Positions 37,929-47,941 are shown, counted from the first letter of the stretch. The stretch is DNA of 64,000 nucleotides from Dehalococcoides mccartyi (GCA_945865925.1 CAMBFG010000001.1:142854-206853), one strand, 5' to 3'. The notes: a model not told the origin generated them from the sequence alone. A program made the numbers and translations.

Positions 37929-38645
37929 CTAGCGGGGAGCCCTCGCGTCCGCGCAGGCGGCGGAGACGGCGGCCAGGGCACGGTCGGCGGGGCCCCAGGA
38001 GTTCGCACGGGCGAACTGCATCGCGACGGTGGTGCCGGTCAGACACTCGTTGAGGGACTGGATGCGCTGTTCGGCGCGAGTGGTGGCTTCCTTCGCGGCC
38101 TTCGCCTCCGCTGCGGCCTTCGTGACCTGCTCACGCAGGCCCTTCGCCTCAGTCTCGGCAGCGGTCGCGCGGGCCTCCACCTCCGCCTGAGTGCGTCCTC
38201 GGGCGGCTTCGAGGTCCTTCAGGCGCTGCTGCGTGGCGTCGAGGGCGGTCTGCAGTTCTACCTGCTTCGCGCCACTGGCAGCAGCCGAGGACTGCGCCGC
38301 TGCCAGTTCGGACTCGGAGGCGCCACTGGGCATCGTCACCAGGATCAGCGCGATGAGCGCGATGAGGGCCGCGCTCCCGATGACACCGAGCACCCTTCCG
38401 GACGGCCGGTCGAGATGTGGTACGCGCGAGAGATTGGGTACGTGAGGCCGCGCAGATGTCCGCGATGGGCGGGGCACGGCCAGTCGCAGGCCTCGCGCCT
38501 GTGTGAGCACACCGACGGCGGCGGCACGGCTGCGCTCGACCGCTTGTTCGAGGCCGTTGGGACGTCCGAGCGGAGATGCTGCACCACAGAAATCGCATTC
38601 AGCGCGCAACGGGTGCAACGGTCGGCCACATTCTGCACATTTCAT
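37929..38645 (-). CDS. zinc-ribbon / TM / coiled-coil protein
   Basis: N-terminal CAEC...CDFC zinc ribbon, central TM (VIGSAALIALIALILV), long Ala/Glu/Lys-rich coiled-coil tail. Confidence 0.55.
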   Translation of the reverse strand: MKCAECGRPLHPLRAECDFCGAASPLGRPNGLEQAVERSRAAAVGVLTQARGLRLAVPRPSRTSARPHVPNLSRVPHLDRPSGRVLGVIGSAALIALIALILVTMPSGASESELAAAQSSAAASGAKQVELQTALDATQQRLKDLEAARGRTQAEVEARATAAETEAKGLREQVTKAAAEAKAAKEATTRAEQRIQSLNECLTGTTVAMQFARANSWGPADRALAAVSAACADARAPR

Positions 38646-38734
38646 CAGGCACCTCGCTGTCTCGAGGCCAATACGGGCCTCAGAAGGACAACGACGCGAC
38701 GCCGTTCGCCGTTCCGTCCGGGCTCACAGAAATA

Positions 38735-38762
38735 GGACGGCGCCGGTTGCCCGACGCCGTCC
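38735..38762 (-). terminator. intrinsic terminator-like hairpin downstream of glmS
   Basis: GGACGGCG-12-CGCCGUCC stem, followed on the minus strand by CUAUUUCUGU. Confidence 0.5.
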
Positions 38763-38795
38763 CCCCCGAAGCCGCACGGGCTCTGGTGCGCGTGG

Positions 38796-40634
38796 CTACT
38801 CCACGACGACGGTCTTGGCGAGGTTCCGCGGCTGGTCCACATCAGCACCGCGTTCGGTGGCGATGTAGTACGAGAGCAATTGCAGCGGTACGACGCTGAC
38901 GAGTGGGGCAAGGCACGAGTCGACCTCGGGCAGTTCGACGACCTCGGACGCGATGGCGTCCAGCGAGTGATCGCCGTGCGAGACCATCGCGATCACCTCA
39001 CCACGACGGGCGCGCACCTGCTCGATGTTCGAGCGCATCTTGTCGAACACCTCGTCACGTGGGGCGATCGCGAGGGTGGGCATGCGCTCATCGATCAGTG
39101 CGATCGGACCATGCTTCATCTCGCCGGCCGCGTAGCCCTCGGCATGGATGTAGGAGACTTCCTTCAACTTCAGCGCGCCTTCGAGGGCGATCGGGTAGCC
39201 GAGGCCGCGCCCGAGAAAGAGGAAGTTCTCCACCTGCGCATACCTCGTCGCGATCGTCTCGATGTGGCCGGCGGTCTCGAGGGCTTCGCCAATGGCGCGG
39301 GGCAACCGGAGGGCCGAACGCACCTGCTCCGCCTCGACCTCGGGGTCGAGCGTGCCGCGCAGGCGGCCGAGGTAGAGCGAGAGACCGTGCAGCAGCAGCA
39401 TGCTCGCGAGCATCGTCTTGGTGGACGCGACGGCGATCTCCGGGCCGACGCGCATGAGCAGCGTGCCGTCCGCGACTCGGGTGGTCTGGGCGCCCGGGGT
39501 GTTGCAGATGGTGATCTGCGGACAGCCGGCACGCTTCGCCTCGTCCATGGCGGCGAGCGTGTCGACGGTCTCGCCAGACTGGGCGATCGAGATGACGAGG
39601 GTGTGCGGGTCGAGGATGGGACGGCGGTAACGGAACTCGGCGGCGTTATCGACCTCGGCAGGGATGCGCGCGAAGCGCTCGATGTAGTGCCGTCCGACCA
39701 TCGCGGAGTGCATCGAGGTGCCCATACCGACGAGGACGACGCGGTTGATCTGCTTCGCCCATGCGGCATCGAAGGGGACGCCGTCCGACATGTCCACGTG
39801 GCCGTCCGGGAAGTAGCGCCCGCGCATGACGTCGAGCACCGCGTCCGGCTGCTCGAAGATCTCCTTCTGCATGAAGTGCTTGTACGGGCCCTTCACGGCG
39901 GCGACCGGGTCATAGGGCAGCGTCTCCGGCGTCTTCACGAGGTCACGCCCAGCGGCATCGACGTAGCGGACGGACTCGGCGCGGATGTCCGCGAACTCGC
40001 CAGGCTCGACGAAGACGACCTGGCGCGTGTGGGGGAGCAGCGCGTTCAGGTCGGAGGCAGCGAGGTTTTCGTGCTCACCGACCCCGACGACGATCCCACC
40101 GGCGTTGCCGATGCGTGCGGCGACGAGGCGTCCCGGGTCATGCGAGTCCACCGCGATCAGCGAGTACGCCCCGGCCGCTTCCGCCACCACGGCGCGCACC
40201 GCATCGAGGAGATCCTCGCCGGACTCGATGCGGCCTGCGAGCATGTGCGCCAGCACCTCGGTATCGGTCTCGGAACGGAACACACCACGCGCGTACCTGC
40301 GGCGGAGGTCCTCGAAGTTCTCGATGATGCCGTTGTGGACGACGGCGATGCGGCCGTCCGGGTCGAGTTGCGGGTGAGCGTTGCGGTCCGCAGGTTCGCC
40401 GTGGGTGGCCCAGCGGGTGTGGCCCAGGCCGGCGACGGCCGGCGGCAGGGTGCCTTCGACGCGCTGGACGAGCGCATCGAGTTTGCCCGTGGCGTGGGCG
40501 ACGTAGAAGTCCTGGTGTGTGCCGAAGAGGGCGATACCGGCGGAGTCATAGCCGCGGTATTCGAGGCGCCGTAGTCCATCGAGGATGATGGGGCCTGCCG
40601 GGCGACTGCCCGTGTAGCCGATGATTCCACACAT
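38796..40634 (-). CDS. glmS: glutamine--fructose-6-phosphate aminotransferase
   Basis: MCGIIGY N-terminal nucleophile Cys, two SIS domains. Confidence 0.95.
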   Translation of the reverse strand: MCGIIGYTGSRPAGPIILDGLRRLEYRGYDSAGIALFGTHQDFYVAHATGKLDALVQRVEGTLPPAVAGLGHTRWATHGEPADRNAHPQLDPDGRIAVVHNGIIENFEDLRRRYARGVFRSETDTEVLAHMLAGRIESGEDLLDAVRAVVAEAAGAYSLIAVDSHDPGRLVAARIGNAGGIVVGVGEHENLAASDLNALLPHTRQVVFVEPGEFADIRAESVRYVDAAGRDLVKTPETLPYDPVAAVKGPYKHFMQKEIFEQPDAVLDVMRGRYFPDGHVDMSDGVPFDAAWAKQINRVVLVGMGTSMHSAMVGRHYIERFARIPAEVDNAAEFRYRRPILDPHTLVISIAQSGETVDTLAAMDEAKRAGCPQITICNTPGAQTTRVADGTLLMRVGPEIAVASTKTMLASMLLLHGLSLYLGRLRGTLDPEVEAEQVRSALRLPRAIGEALETAGHIETIATRYAQVENFLFLGRGLGYPIALEGALKLKEVSYIHAEGYAAGEMKHGPIALIDERMPTLAIAPRDEVFDKMRSNIEQVRARRGEVIAMVSHGDHSLDAIASEVVELPEVDSCLAPLVSVVPLQLLSYYIATERGADVDQPRNLAKTVVVE

Positions 40635-40720
40635 GGGGTGTCACTCCTGAGTGCCACCCCGCCCGAGAGAAAGTGTACGGCACCAACGCCGACCCGTCTC
40701 GGGAATGTGGCAGGGACAGG

Positions 40721-41515
40721 CTACTCCTCTGCGGGAGCGCCCTCTGCGCCTTCGGCGGCCTCCGCAGCCTGGGCGGCTTCCGAGGCGGCATCGACCGCGG
40801 CCTCGTTGGCGTTCCGGTCGCGGACGCGGGCAACGACGATCGTGCCCTCGGAGCCGGCACCGTAGGCGCCTCGGTAGTCTTCCGGGAGCATGGCGGCGAT
40901 GCGACGCATGATCGCGTCGGTCGCGGCTTCGGCGCCCTTGCTGTCGGCGCGGTGGCCCTCCATGACGAACGGCTCACCGAACTCGACTCGGATGTGGGGG
41001 CGGCGGCGGAGTGCCCACTGCCAGAAGACCGCGGGAAGTTTGATCCGCGAGCCGGTGATCGCGACGGGCACGATGGGGGACTTCGCGAGGACGGCGACCA
41101 TCGCGGCGCCGGGGAGCGCCGGGCGCATGCCCGCACCGCGCGAGCGAGTGCCCTCGGGGAACATCAGGACGACCTCGTTGTTGCGCAGGTAGTTCCGAGC
41201 GACGCGCAGGGCGCCCATGTCGCCGGAGAAGCGGCGGACGGGGAAGGCGCCCCAGAGCCAGAACCACCAGCCAATCAACGGCACCTCGAAGAGTTCGCGC
41301 TTCGCCATCGGATGCACGCGACGGCGCGCCGAGGCTGCGACGAGCGGCGGGTCGATGATGTGGACGTGGTTGGAGACAAAGATGATGGGGCCGCCCTCGG
41401 GCACCCGGTCGCCGCCGACGACCTCCCAGCGCGCGAACGTGCGAAGGAGCATCCGCATCAGCCAGGTGCTCGCCACGTAGGCGAACGGGAGCAGGCGGCG
41501 CCTCAACTGCGCCAT
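40721..41515 (-). CDS. plsC: 1-acyl-sn-glycerol-3-phosphate acyltransferase
   Basis: HxxxxD acyltransferase motif (NHVHIIDPPL) and FPEGTRS motif. Confidence 0.8.
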   Translation of the reverse strand: MAQLRRRLLPFAYVASTWLMRMLLRTFARWEVVGGDRVPEGGPIIFVSNHVHIIDPPLVAASARRRVHPMAKRELFEVPLIGWWFWLWGAFPVRRFSGDMGALRVARNYLRNNEVVLMFPEGTRSRGAGMRPALPGAAMVAVLAKSPIVPVAITGSRIKLPAVFWQWALRRRPHIRVEFGEPFVMEGHRADSKGAEAATDAIMRRIAAMLPEDYRGAYGAGSEGTIVVARVRDRNANEAAVDAASEAAQAAEAAEGAEGAPAEE

Positions 41516-41518
41516 CGT

Positions 41519-42229
41519 CTACGCGCCGGGGTTCTGGCGGCGGTACGCCTCGATGCAGCGGGCGACGACTTCGTCGATGCCGAGGGCATCGGTCTCCACG
41601 AGCAACGCGCCGTCCGCCCGCTGTTCAGGGTGGATGGCACGATGGCCGGTGTTGTCCAACTCGTCACGTCGACGCGTCGCGACCAGCACCTCGTCGAACG
41701 TGGAGGCACGACCAGCCTCGCGCTCCTCGGCCTGGCGGCGTTGAGCGCGCACAGCGCTCGATGCGTCGAGGAAAATCTTCGTCCGGGCCTCCTTGAGCAC
41801 GCGCGTACCGATGTCGCGGCCCGCCATGACCACAGGTTCTCGACTGGCGATCTCTCGCTGACGACGCACGAGTTCCGCGCGTACGTCCTCGATGCGAGAC
41901 ACGAGCGAGACCTTCGCTTCAATCTCCTGAGTGCGGAGGAGGGGGGTGACATCTTCATCGCCGAGGTACACGTGCGGCTCGGTGGGGTCAGGCCAGCGCA
42001 TGTCGAGCGGGAGCGAACAGATCAGGTCCGTGACAGCGCGTTCGTCTTCGATTGCCGTCCCCGCCCGCATCACGGCGAGGGTGCATGCGCGGTACATCAG
42101 GCCAGTGTCGAAAAAGCCGACGCGCAACGCCTCGGCCAGTGCCTGCCCCACGGCAGTCTTGCCGGAGGCCGTTGGTCCATCGATGGCGATGCAGCGGGCG
42201 AGCGATTCCGCCCCGGTGATGCCCGGCAT
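41519..42229 (-). CDS. cmk: cytidylate kinase
   Basis: IAIDGPTASGKT P-loop and CMP-binding region. Confidence 0.9.
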   Translation of the reverse strand: MPGITGAESLARCIAIDGPTASGKTAVGQALAEALRVGFFDTGLMYRACTLAVMRAGTAIEDERAVTDLICSLPLDMRWPDPTEPHVYLGDEDVTPLLRTQEIEAKVSLVSRIEDVRAELVRRQREIASREPVVMAGRDIGTRVLKEARTKIFLDASSAVRAQRRQAEEREAGRASTFDEVLVATRRRDELDNTGHRAIHPEQRADGALLVETDALGIDEVVARCIEAYRRQNPGA

Positions 42230-42301
42230 CAGGCGCTCCCTCGTACGTTCGGTGACCGGATCATAAGTACCGGCCAGCCGTCCGGCCAGCCACGAGGCGT
42301 C

Positions 42302-43075
42302 TTACCCCTGATCGAGGCCCGCCCGGTGGCGCAATGCGCGCTCCTCGGCGTCCGTGATCGGGCGCACCGCACCCTCCTCGAGCTCGCCGAGGCGAATGGG
42401 GCCGACGGCGATGCGGCGGAGCCGCCGGACGTGGTGGCCCACCGCCTCGAACATCCGGCGCACCTGACGGCTGCGGCCCTCGTGGATCGCGATGCGGATC
42501 AGGCCGCTCGACAGGCGGACGACGTCTGCGGGCGCCGTCGGGCCGTCCTCGAGATCCACGCCGCGCCGGAGGCGCGTCAGTGAGGCATCAGAGAGTTCGC
42601 CCTCGACGATCGCCTCGTAGACCTTCTCGACCTTGTATCGCGGGTGGGTGAGGCGGTTCGCGAGGTCGCCGTCCGTGGTGAGGAGCAGCAGCCCGGTCGT
42701 GTCGCGGTCGAGGCGTCCGACGTAGCGCAGGCCCGGCGGGACGGGCATCGACTGGGCCACGATGTCGAAGACTGTCGCCCGGCCGCGTTCGTCCGAGGCG
42801 GTGACGACGACGCCGAATGGCTTGTGCAGGACGAGCGTGACGGCTCGGGCGGTCTCGCCACCACGAGTGTCGAAGCGGATCGGGCGGCCGTCGACGGCGA
42901 TGAGCGAGCGCGTGGGGTCGACCTTCGTACCGAGGGTGGCGACAACGCCGTCAACGGTGACGCGACCGGCGGCGATCAGCGCTTCGGCGGGACGGCGCCC
43001 ACCGATGCCGGTGCTGGCCAGCACCTTCTGGAGGCGCTGCGGGCCGGCCTCGGGTTCAGGGGTGTTCGAGGGCAT
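42302..43075 (-). CDS. rluB: pseudouridine synthase (RluB/RsuA family)
   Basis: S4 domain (QRLQKVLASTG) and catalytic Asp motif (GRLDRDTTGLLLLT). ATG at M20 of the ORF preferred because the upstream small ORF stops 10 nt before it. Confidence 0.8.
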   Translation of the reverse strand: MPSNTPEPEAGPQRLQKVLASTGIGGRRPAEALIAAGRVTVDGVVATLGTKVDPTRSLIAVDGRPIRFDTRGGETARAVTLVLHKPFGVVVTASDERGRATVFDIVAQSMPVPPGLRYVGRLDRDTTGLLLLTTDGDLANRLTHPRYKVEKVYEAIVEGELSDASLTRLRRGVDLEDGPTAPADVVRLSSGLIRIAIHEGRSRQVRRMFEAVGHHVRRLRRIAVGPIRLGELEEGAVRPITDAEERALRHRAGLDQG

Positions 43076-43085
43076 GGGCGACCGG

Positions 43086-43376
43086 CTAGCGGCGCTGGCG
43101 CATCCGCTCGACGACGGTCGTCTCTGTGACAACGACCGTGCGCCGGACGGCAGTGGCGCGCTCGCGCGGGGTGATCAGCCGCTCGCCCGCACCACCGACG
43201 GCGCGCATCGCGAGGCCGGCCAGCGCCCGCTCGGCAGCCATCGAGGCGACCACGGTGGCGGCGGAAGCGGCAACAAACGGCAGCAGGCGGCGGGCCACGG
43301 CCACGCCAACCTCCCGAGGTACGGGGAGGGAGCGGCGCTGCGGCACCAGGCTCCGGTTGGCAGGGATCAGGCTCAC
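43086..43376 (-). CDS. small basic hypothetical protein (96 aa)
   Basis: GTG start preceded by GAGGAG+5 nt. Strong GC3 bias. Stop TAG 10 nt before the rluB ATG. No recognisable domain. Confidence 0.4.
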   Translation of the reverse strand: MSLIPANRSLVPQRRSLPVPREVGVAVARRLLPFVAASAATVVASMAAERALAGLAMRAVGGAGERLITPRERATAVRRTVVVTETTVVERMRQRR

Positions 43377-43479
43377 GGATGCTCCTCGATGGCGGCAGCG
43401 GACGCCGGACCGAGCAGGGAGCGTACCCCGACGGGCGGCGGGGCCGCTACCGATACCCGGTCACGACCCGCGAAGGCGC

Positions 43480-44232
43480 TCAGGAGGCATCGAGGCGGGC
43501 CTCGACCTCGTCGGTGAGGTCGAGCGGGACGCCGAGCCCCGAGCGGCCTTCGGCTTCCGCCTGGAGGGCGGCGACGAGGAAGGCGGTCTCACGACGTAAT
43601 CCTGCGGCGCGGATCGCGGTGAAATGGGCGGACGCCTCGATCTCGGCGTCGGAGGCGTCCGGGGTGGGTTCGGCGACGTCGATGTCGTAGCGGCAGAACG
43701 CGGCGACCGGCCCCATGTCCACCTCCGGGATGGCGAGGTGAGCCATGACGCCGCTTTCGGAGGCGCCAGAGCGGATCAGGTCGCGGATCACCTCGCGCCA
43801 GGTGCCAGTCGGGCCGCCGGGAAGGGCGGGATGGAGGTTGAGCAGGCGGTGGGTGCGGACGAAGGGGGCGGTGAAGATCAGCATGTAGCCGGCCAGCACC
43901 CCGATCTCCGCGCCGTGGGGATCGACGAGGCGAGCGACCTCGGCGTCGTACGCCTCGCGCCACCCGGGGAGCGGCGCGCCGGGGCGCGAGCGGGTACCGC
44001 CTCGTTCCTTGCGAAAGCGCACCGAGGACAGTGTGACGAGCGGGATGCCCTCAGCGCGCACGGCCTCGAAGAAGGCGTCGGTCGCGGGGTCCTCGCCAGG
44101 CTCGCGGTTGCAGAAAACGAAGGCGAACGAGGCATCGAGGGTGCCCGCACGGATGGCGTCGCGCACCGCCTCGAACATCCCGCGCGAGCCAGCGCCGCGT
44201 CCGGTGGTGTACCAGCCGACCCGGAGTGTCAC
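43480..44232 (-). CDS. formyltransferase-family (PurN-like) protein
   Basis: LLNLHPALPGG resembles the PurN/Fmt (L)LNIHPSLLP motif. N-terminal Rossmann-like region. Confidence 0.5.
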   Translation of the reverse strand: MTLRVGWYTTGRGAGSRGMFEAVRDAIRAGTLDASFAFVFCNREPGEDPATDAFFEAVRAEGIPLVTLSSVRFRKERGGTRSRPGAPLPGWREAYDAEVARLVDPHGAEIGVLAGYMLIFTAPFVRTHRLLNLHPALPGGPTGTWREVIRDLIRSGASESGVMAHLAIPEVDMGPVAAFCRYDIDVAEPTPDASDAEIEASAHFTAIRAAGLRRETAFLVAALQAEAEGRSGLGVPLDLTDEVEARLDAS

Positions 44233-44481
44233 CTACTCGCCGCCCTGGCGGAGTACCTCGATGCGCTGCTCAGCCGCGTCCAGCAGCGCCTGCGCGCGGC
44301 GCGAGAGCGCGATGCCCTGCTCGTAGAGGGCGAGCGTCTGGTCGAGCGTTAGCCCGCCCTCTTCGAGACGCTTCGCGACGCCATCGAGGCGGCTGTAGAT
44401 CGCCTCGAAGCCATCGTCGTCGCCAAAGGCGAAGGCGGCTTGCAGGGCGTCCTGGCGTTCGGACTCAGCGGCTGACGTCAT
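44233..44481 (-). CDS. xseB: exodeoxyribonuclease VII small subunit
   Basis: Small helical protein with the XseB consensus (LEEGGLTLDQTLALYEQGIAL). Confidence 0.85.
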   Translation of the reverse strand: MTSAAESERQDALQAAFAFGDDDGFEAIYSRLDGVAKRLEEGGLTLDQTLALYEQGIALSRRAQALLDAAEQRIEVLRQGGE

Positions 44482-45728
44482 GCCTGCGAGCCTACCGCGC
44501 CACCCGCCGAACCGCCGCTGTCCGTGGCACTGACCGTCGCGGATCGTGATCCGTCCGCCCAGCGCACCTCGATCTGATCGCCAATCGCCACCGAGGCGGC
44601 ACGCGAGGCAGGTGTCCCGTCCGCTTTCGAGACGAGGGCGTAGCCGCGCGCGAGCGTGGCGTGTGGCGAGAGCGCCTGCACGCGCGCCGCAAGGCCCGCC
44701 GTCGCCTCGCGTGCCTCGCGTGCCGAGCGGTGGGCGAGGTGGGCGATGCCATCGGCGTGCGCGGCGACGCGCCGCTGCCAGCCGTTCGTGTCAGGCAGGA
44801 GCCGATCCATCCGATTCGCGAGCCGGTGCGAGGCCTCGCGGGCGATCCCCGTCCGCTGGCGCGAGCGTGCGTAGACGGTCGCCTCCAGCGCTCGGACGGC
44901 TCGGGCCACCTCGATCCGGTCGGGCGCAGCGAGTTCCGCCGCCGCCGAGGGGGTGGGCGCGCGCACGTCCGCGACGAGGTCGGCGAGGGTGACATCGGTC
45001 TCATGACCGACGGCGGAGATCACGGGGACCGGACAGCCGTGGATCGCGCGGATCACGGGCTCTTCGTTGAAGGCCCAGAGGTCCTCCGCCGATCCGCCAC
45101 CACGGCCGACGATGACCACGTCCGGGCGGGCCTCCGGCTTACGGTGCAGGCCGATGCTCCGCACGGCCTCGGCGATCTCGATGGCTGCATCATCGCCCTG
45201 CACGGGAGTGGCACGGAACAGCACGGTCGCGAGCGGCCAGCGGCGTTCGAGGATCGTCGTGATGTCGTGATAGGCAGCACCGGTCTGGCTGGTGATCACG
45301 CCGATGGTGCGCGGGAACTGCGGCAACCGGCGCTTCCGAGCGGGATCGAAGAGCCCGTCCTCCTCGAAGCGTGCGCGCCGACGCTCGAACTCGGCCTGCA
45401 GCGCGCCGACGCCGGCGGGCTGCGCGAAGTCGACCATGCACTGGAGGGTGCCACCCTGCGGGTAGAACTCGATCTTCCCGTGGACGATCACGGCATCGCC
45501 GTTACGCATCGGCTCTGTGAGGCGGACGCGGACGTTGTTGTTGCGGAAGTAGACGCAGCGCAGGGCGCCACCCTGGTCCTTCAGGGTGAAATAGATGTGA
45601 CCCGCCGAGGAGGTCGTGAGGTTGGAAATCTCACCACCGATCCACAGGTCGGCCATCGCCGGGTCACGCTCCAGCATCTCGCGCAGATAGCGCGCGACCT
45701 GCCAGACGGGGCGTGCCTCGGGTGGCAT
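44478..45728 (-). CDS. xseA: exodeoxyribonuclease VII large subunit
   Basis: OB-fold N-terminus (GEISNLTTSSAGHIYFTLKD) and catalytic core (VIVGRGGGS). Confidence 0.9.
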   Translation of the reverse strand: MPPEARPVWQVARYLREMLERDPAMADLWIGGEISNLTTSSAGHIYFTLKDQGGALRCVYFRNNNVRVRLTEPMRNGDAVIVHGKIEFYPQGGTLQCMVDFAQPAGVGALQAEFERRRARFEEDGLFDPARKRRLPQFPRTIGVITSQTGAAYHDITTILERRWPLATVLFRATPVQGDDAAIEIAEAVRSIGLHRKPEARPDVVIVGRGGGSAEDLWAFNEEPVIRAIHGCPVPVISAVGHETDVTLADLVADVRAPTPSAAAELAAPDRIEVARAVRALEATVYARSRQRTGIAREASHRLANRMDRLLPDTNGWQRRVAAHADGIAHLAHRSAREAREATAGLAARVQALSPHATLARGYALVSKADGTPASRAASVAIGDQIEVRWADGSRSATVSATDSGGSAGGAVGSQA

Positions 45729-45750
45729 CGAGGGCTCCTCGGAGGCCTCG

Positions 45751-46311
45751 CTAGGCCTTCACACGCTCGATGTAGCGGGCGTCCGCAGTGTTCACCTTGA
45801 TCCGGTCGCCGGGGCCCACGAACAGCGGGACGTTGACGATGAGGCCGGTCTCCAGGGTGGCGGGCTTCGTCGCGCCCTGGGCGGTGTCGCCCTTCACGCC
45901 GGGGTCGGACTCTGTGATCAGCAGTTCGACGGCAGCCGGCAGTTCGATGCCGAGCGCTTCATCGCCGTAGATGATCATCTGCGTGTCGTCGTTCTCCTTG
46001 AGGTACGGCAGCGCGTCCGCGATCGTCTCGCGCCGGACCAGGATCTGGTCGAACGTCTCGGAGTTCATGAACGTGTACATCTCGCCGTCGCCGTAGAGGT
46101 ACTGCATCGTCCGACGCTCGACGCGTGCGACGGGCAATTTGTCACCCGCGTTGAACGTACGCTCGGTGATGTGGCCGGCGCGAAGGTCACGCAACTTCAC
46201 ACGGTAGACCGCAGACTTCTTCGTCTTGACGTGCTGCACTTCCTCCATGCGGTAGAGGTGGCCGTCCAATTCCACGGTAGCCCCGCGCTTGAAGTCAGAA
46301 GTCGAGATCAC
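45751..46311 (-). CDS. efp: elongation factor P
   Basis: Three-domain EF-P with the KPG-loop region (VKTKKSAVYRVKLRDL). Confidence 0.9.
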   Translation of the reverse strand: MISTSDFKRGATVELDGHLYRMEEVQHVKTKKSAVYRVKLRDLRAGHITERTFNAGDKLPVARVERRTMQYLYGDGEMYTFMNSETFDQILVRRETIADALPYLKENDDTQMIIYGDEALGIELPAAVELLITESDPGVKGDTAQGATKPATLETGLIVNVPLFVGPGDRIKVNTADARYIERVKA

Positions 46312-46345
46312 AGTCAGGCTCCCTCATACCGCCCACGCGGTTTCT

Positions 46346-47443
46346 CTAGCGGATCACCGCTAGATCGAACTTCGGCGCGGTGGAGATCGACCGCAGGCGG
46401 CCATTCTCCATCACGCACTGGTCTTCGATGCGTATCCCGCCCCAGCCGGGCAGGTAGATCCCTGGTTCCACGGTCACCACGTGGCCGTCCTGCAGCGGGA
46501 TGTCGCCCGCCGGCGCCAGTCGAGGGTCCTCGTGGATGTCGAGGCCTACCCCATGACCCAGGCCGTGGCCGAAGTGCTCCCGATGCCCCGCCGCCGCGAT
46601 GATCTCCATCGCGATCGCGTGGCCGTCACGGCCGAGCATCCCCGCCTCGATCCGCTCCTCAGCCATCGTTTGCGCCGTCAGCACGATGTCGTACACGCGG
46701 GCGAACTCGGCGGACGGCTTCCCGAGGAAGATCGTACGCGTCAGGTCGGAACAGTACCCGTCCACGATGACACCCATGTCGATCACGACTCCGGTGCCGG
46801 CTTCGAGGACGGCATCACTCGCACGCCAGTGCGGGAGGGCGCCGTGCGCGCCGCCGCCGATGATCGTGCCAAAGGACATCGACTCCGCGCCATGCGTCAG
46901 CGCGTACTCCTCGATGACCCAGGCCAACTGGCGCTCCGTCATGCCCGGCTCGACGCGGTCGAGGGCGTGGCGGAACGCCTCGTCACCGAGCAGGACAGCG
47001 CGGGTGAGCGCCTCGATCTCTTCGGGTTCCTTCACCATCCGCAAGTCCTCGATGGCGCGAGGAGCGGGGACGAGACGCGGGCGAGAGTGGGCGGGAACTT
47101 CCTCGATCGCGCGCATCCACTCGTGGTGCGCGGCGTAGGTGAGGTGGGCCGGCTCGAAGCCGAGGCGAAGACTCTCAAGGCCCTCGATGATTGCCGGGGT
47201 GACACCGGTCGTCGCTCCGGCCACCTGGACGAGGTGGAAGCCGGGGCACTGCTGCCCGACCTGCTCCCAGTAGCGCGAGTCGGTGGCGAAGCGCGCCTCG
47301 TCACGCAGGACGAGGACGACGCCTGCCGAGCCGGTGAAGCCGCTGATCCATCGTCGGTTGGACGGCGCTGTAACCAGCATGCCATCGATCCCGAGCGCCT
47401 CGAAACGTGCGCGCAGCCGGTCGAGGCGCGAAGGCAGGGTCAC
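46346..47443 (-). CDS. pepP: Xaa-Pro aminopeptidase (M24B family)
   Basis: Pita-bread fold with metal ligands ([13 protein letters not shown]). GTG at 47443 overlaps the aroQ stop (GTGA). Confidence 0.8.
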   Translation of the reverse strand: MTLPSRLDRLRARFEALGIDGMLVTAPSNRRWISGFTGSAGVVLVLRDEARFATDSRYWEQVGQQCPGFHLVQVAGATTGVTPAIIEGLESLRLGFEPAHLTYAAHHEWMRAIEEVPAHSRPRLVPAPRAIEDLRMVKEPEEIEALTRAVLLGDEAFRHALDRVEPGMTERQLAWVIEEYALTHGAESMSFGTIIGGGAHGALPHWRASDAVLEAGTGVVIDMGVIVDGYCSDLTRTIFLGKPSAEFARVYDIVLTAQTMAEERIEAGMLGRDGHAIAMEIIAAAGHREHFGHGLGHGVGLDIHEDPRLAPAGDIPLQDGHVVTVEPGIYLPGWGGIRIEDQCVMENGRLRSISTAPKFDLAVIR

Positions 47444-47883
47444 GCCGGCTGCTCGGCGTGGTAGCGGCTGTGCAGCAGGTCGAGCGCCGCGTGGTAGCCG
47501 CGGTAGCCGAAGCCGACCACCTGGCCCCACGCGACGGCGGAGACATATGAGTGCTGACGGAAGGCCTCGCGCTTGTGGACGTTCGACAGGTGGACCTCGA
47601 CGACGGGGGCGGAGGCGCCAGCGATGGCGTCCGCCAGCGCAATCGAGGTGTGGCTATAGCCGGCGGGGTTCAGGATGATCCCGTCCCAATCGCGGTGATC
47701 ATGGATCGCGTCGATCAGTCCACCCTCGTGGTTTGACTGGACGAACTCGATCTCGATGTCGAGGCCCTCGGCGTGACCGCGCATGCCTTCCTCGATGTCA
47801 GCGAGCGTTTCGTGACCGTAAATTTCGGGCTCGCGTGAGCCGAGGAGGTTCAGATTCGGACCGTTGAGTACCAGGACGCGCAT
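47440..47883 (-). CDS. aroQ: type II 3-dehydroquinate dehydratase
   Basis: [23 protein letters not shown]... canonical type II DHQase. Confidence 0.9.
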   Translation of the reverse strand: MRVLVLNGPNLNLLGSREPEIYGHETLADIEEGMRGHAEGLDIEIEFVQSNHEGGLIDAIHDHRDWDGIILNPAGYSHTSIALADAIAGASAPVVEVHLSNVHKREAFRQHSYVSAVAWGQVVGFGYRGYHAALDLLHSRYHAEQPA

Positions 47884-47941
47884 AGTTCTCCCTGCCCGGC
47901 ACTGGCGCCGCGGCGAACCTCGATCTTACTCGGCGGGGCAG

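Noticed and set aside
40635-40720. Possible glmS ribozyme in the glmS 5' leader
   Set aside because: Only 86 nt separate the glmS ATG from the plsC stop, too short for the ~150-nt ribozyme. I could not recognise the conserved P2.1/P2.2 core, and the element is rare outside Firmicutes/Deinococcus-Thermus.
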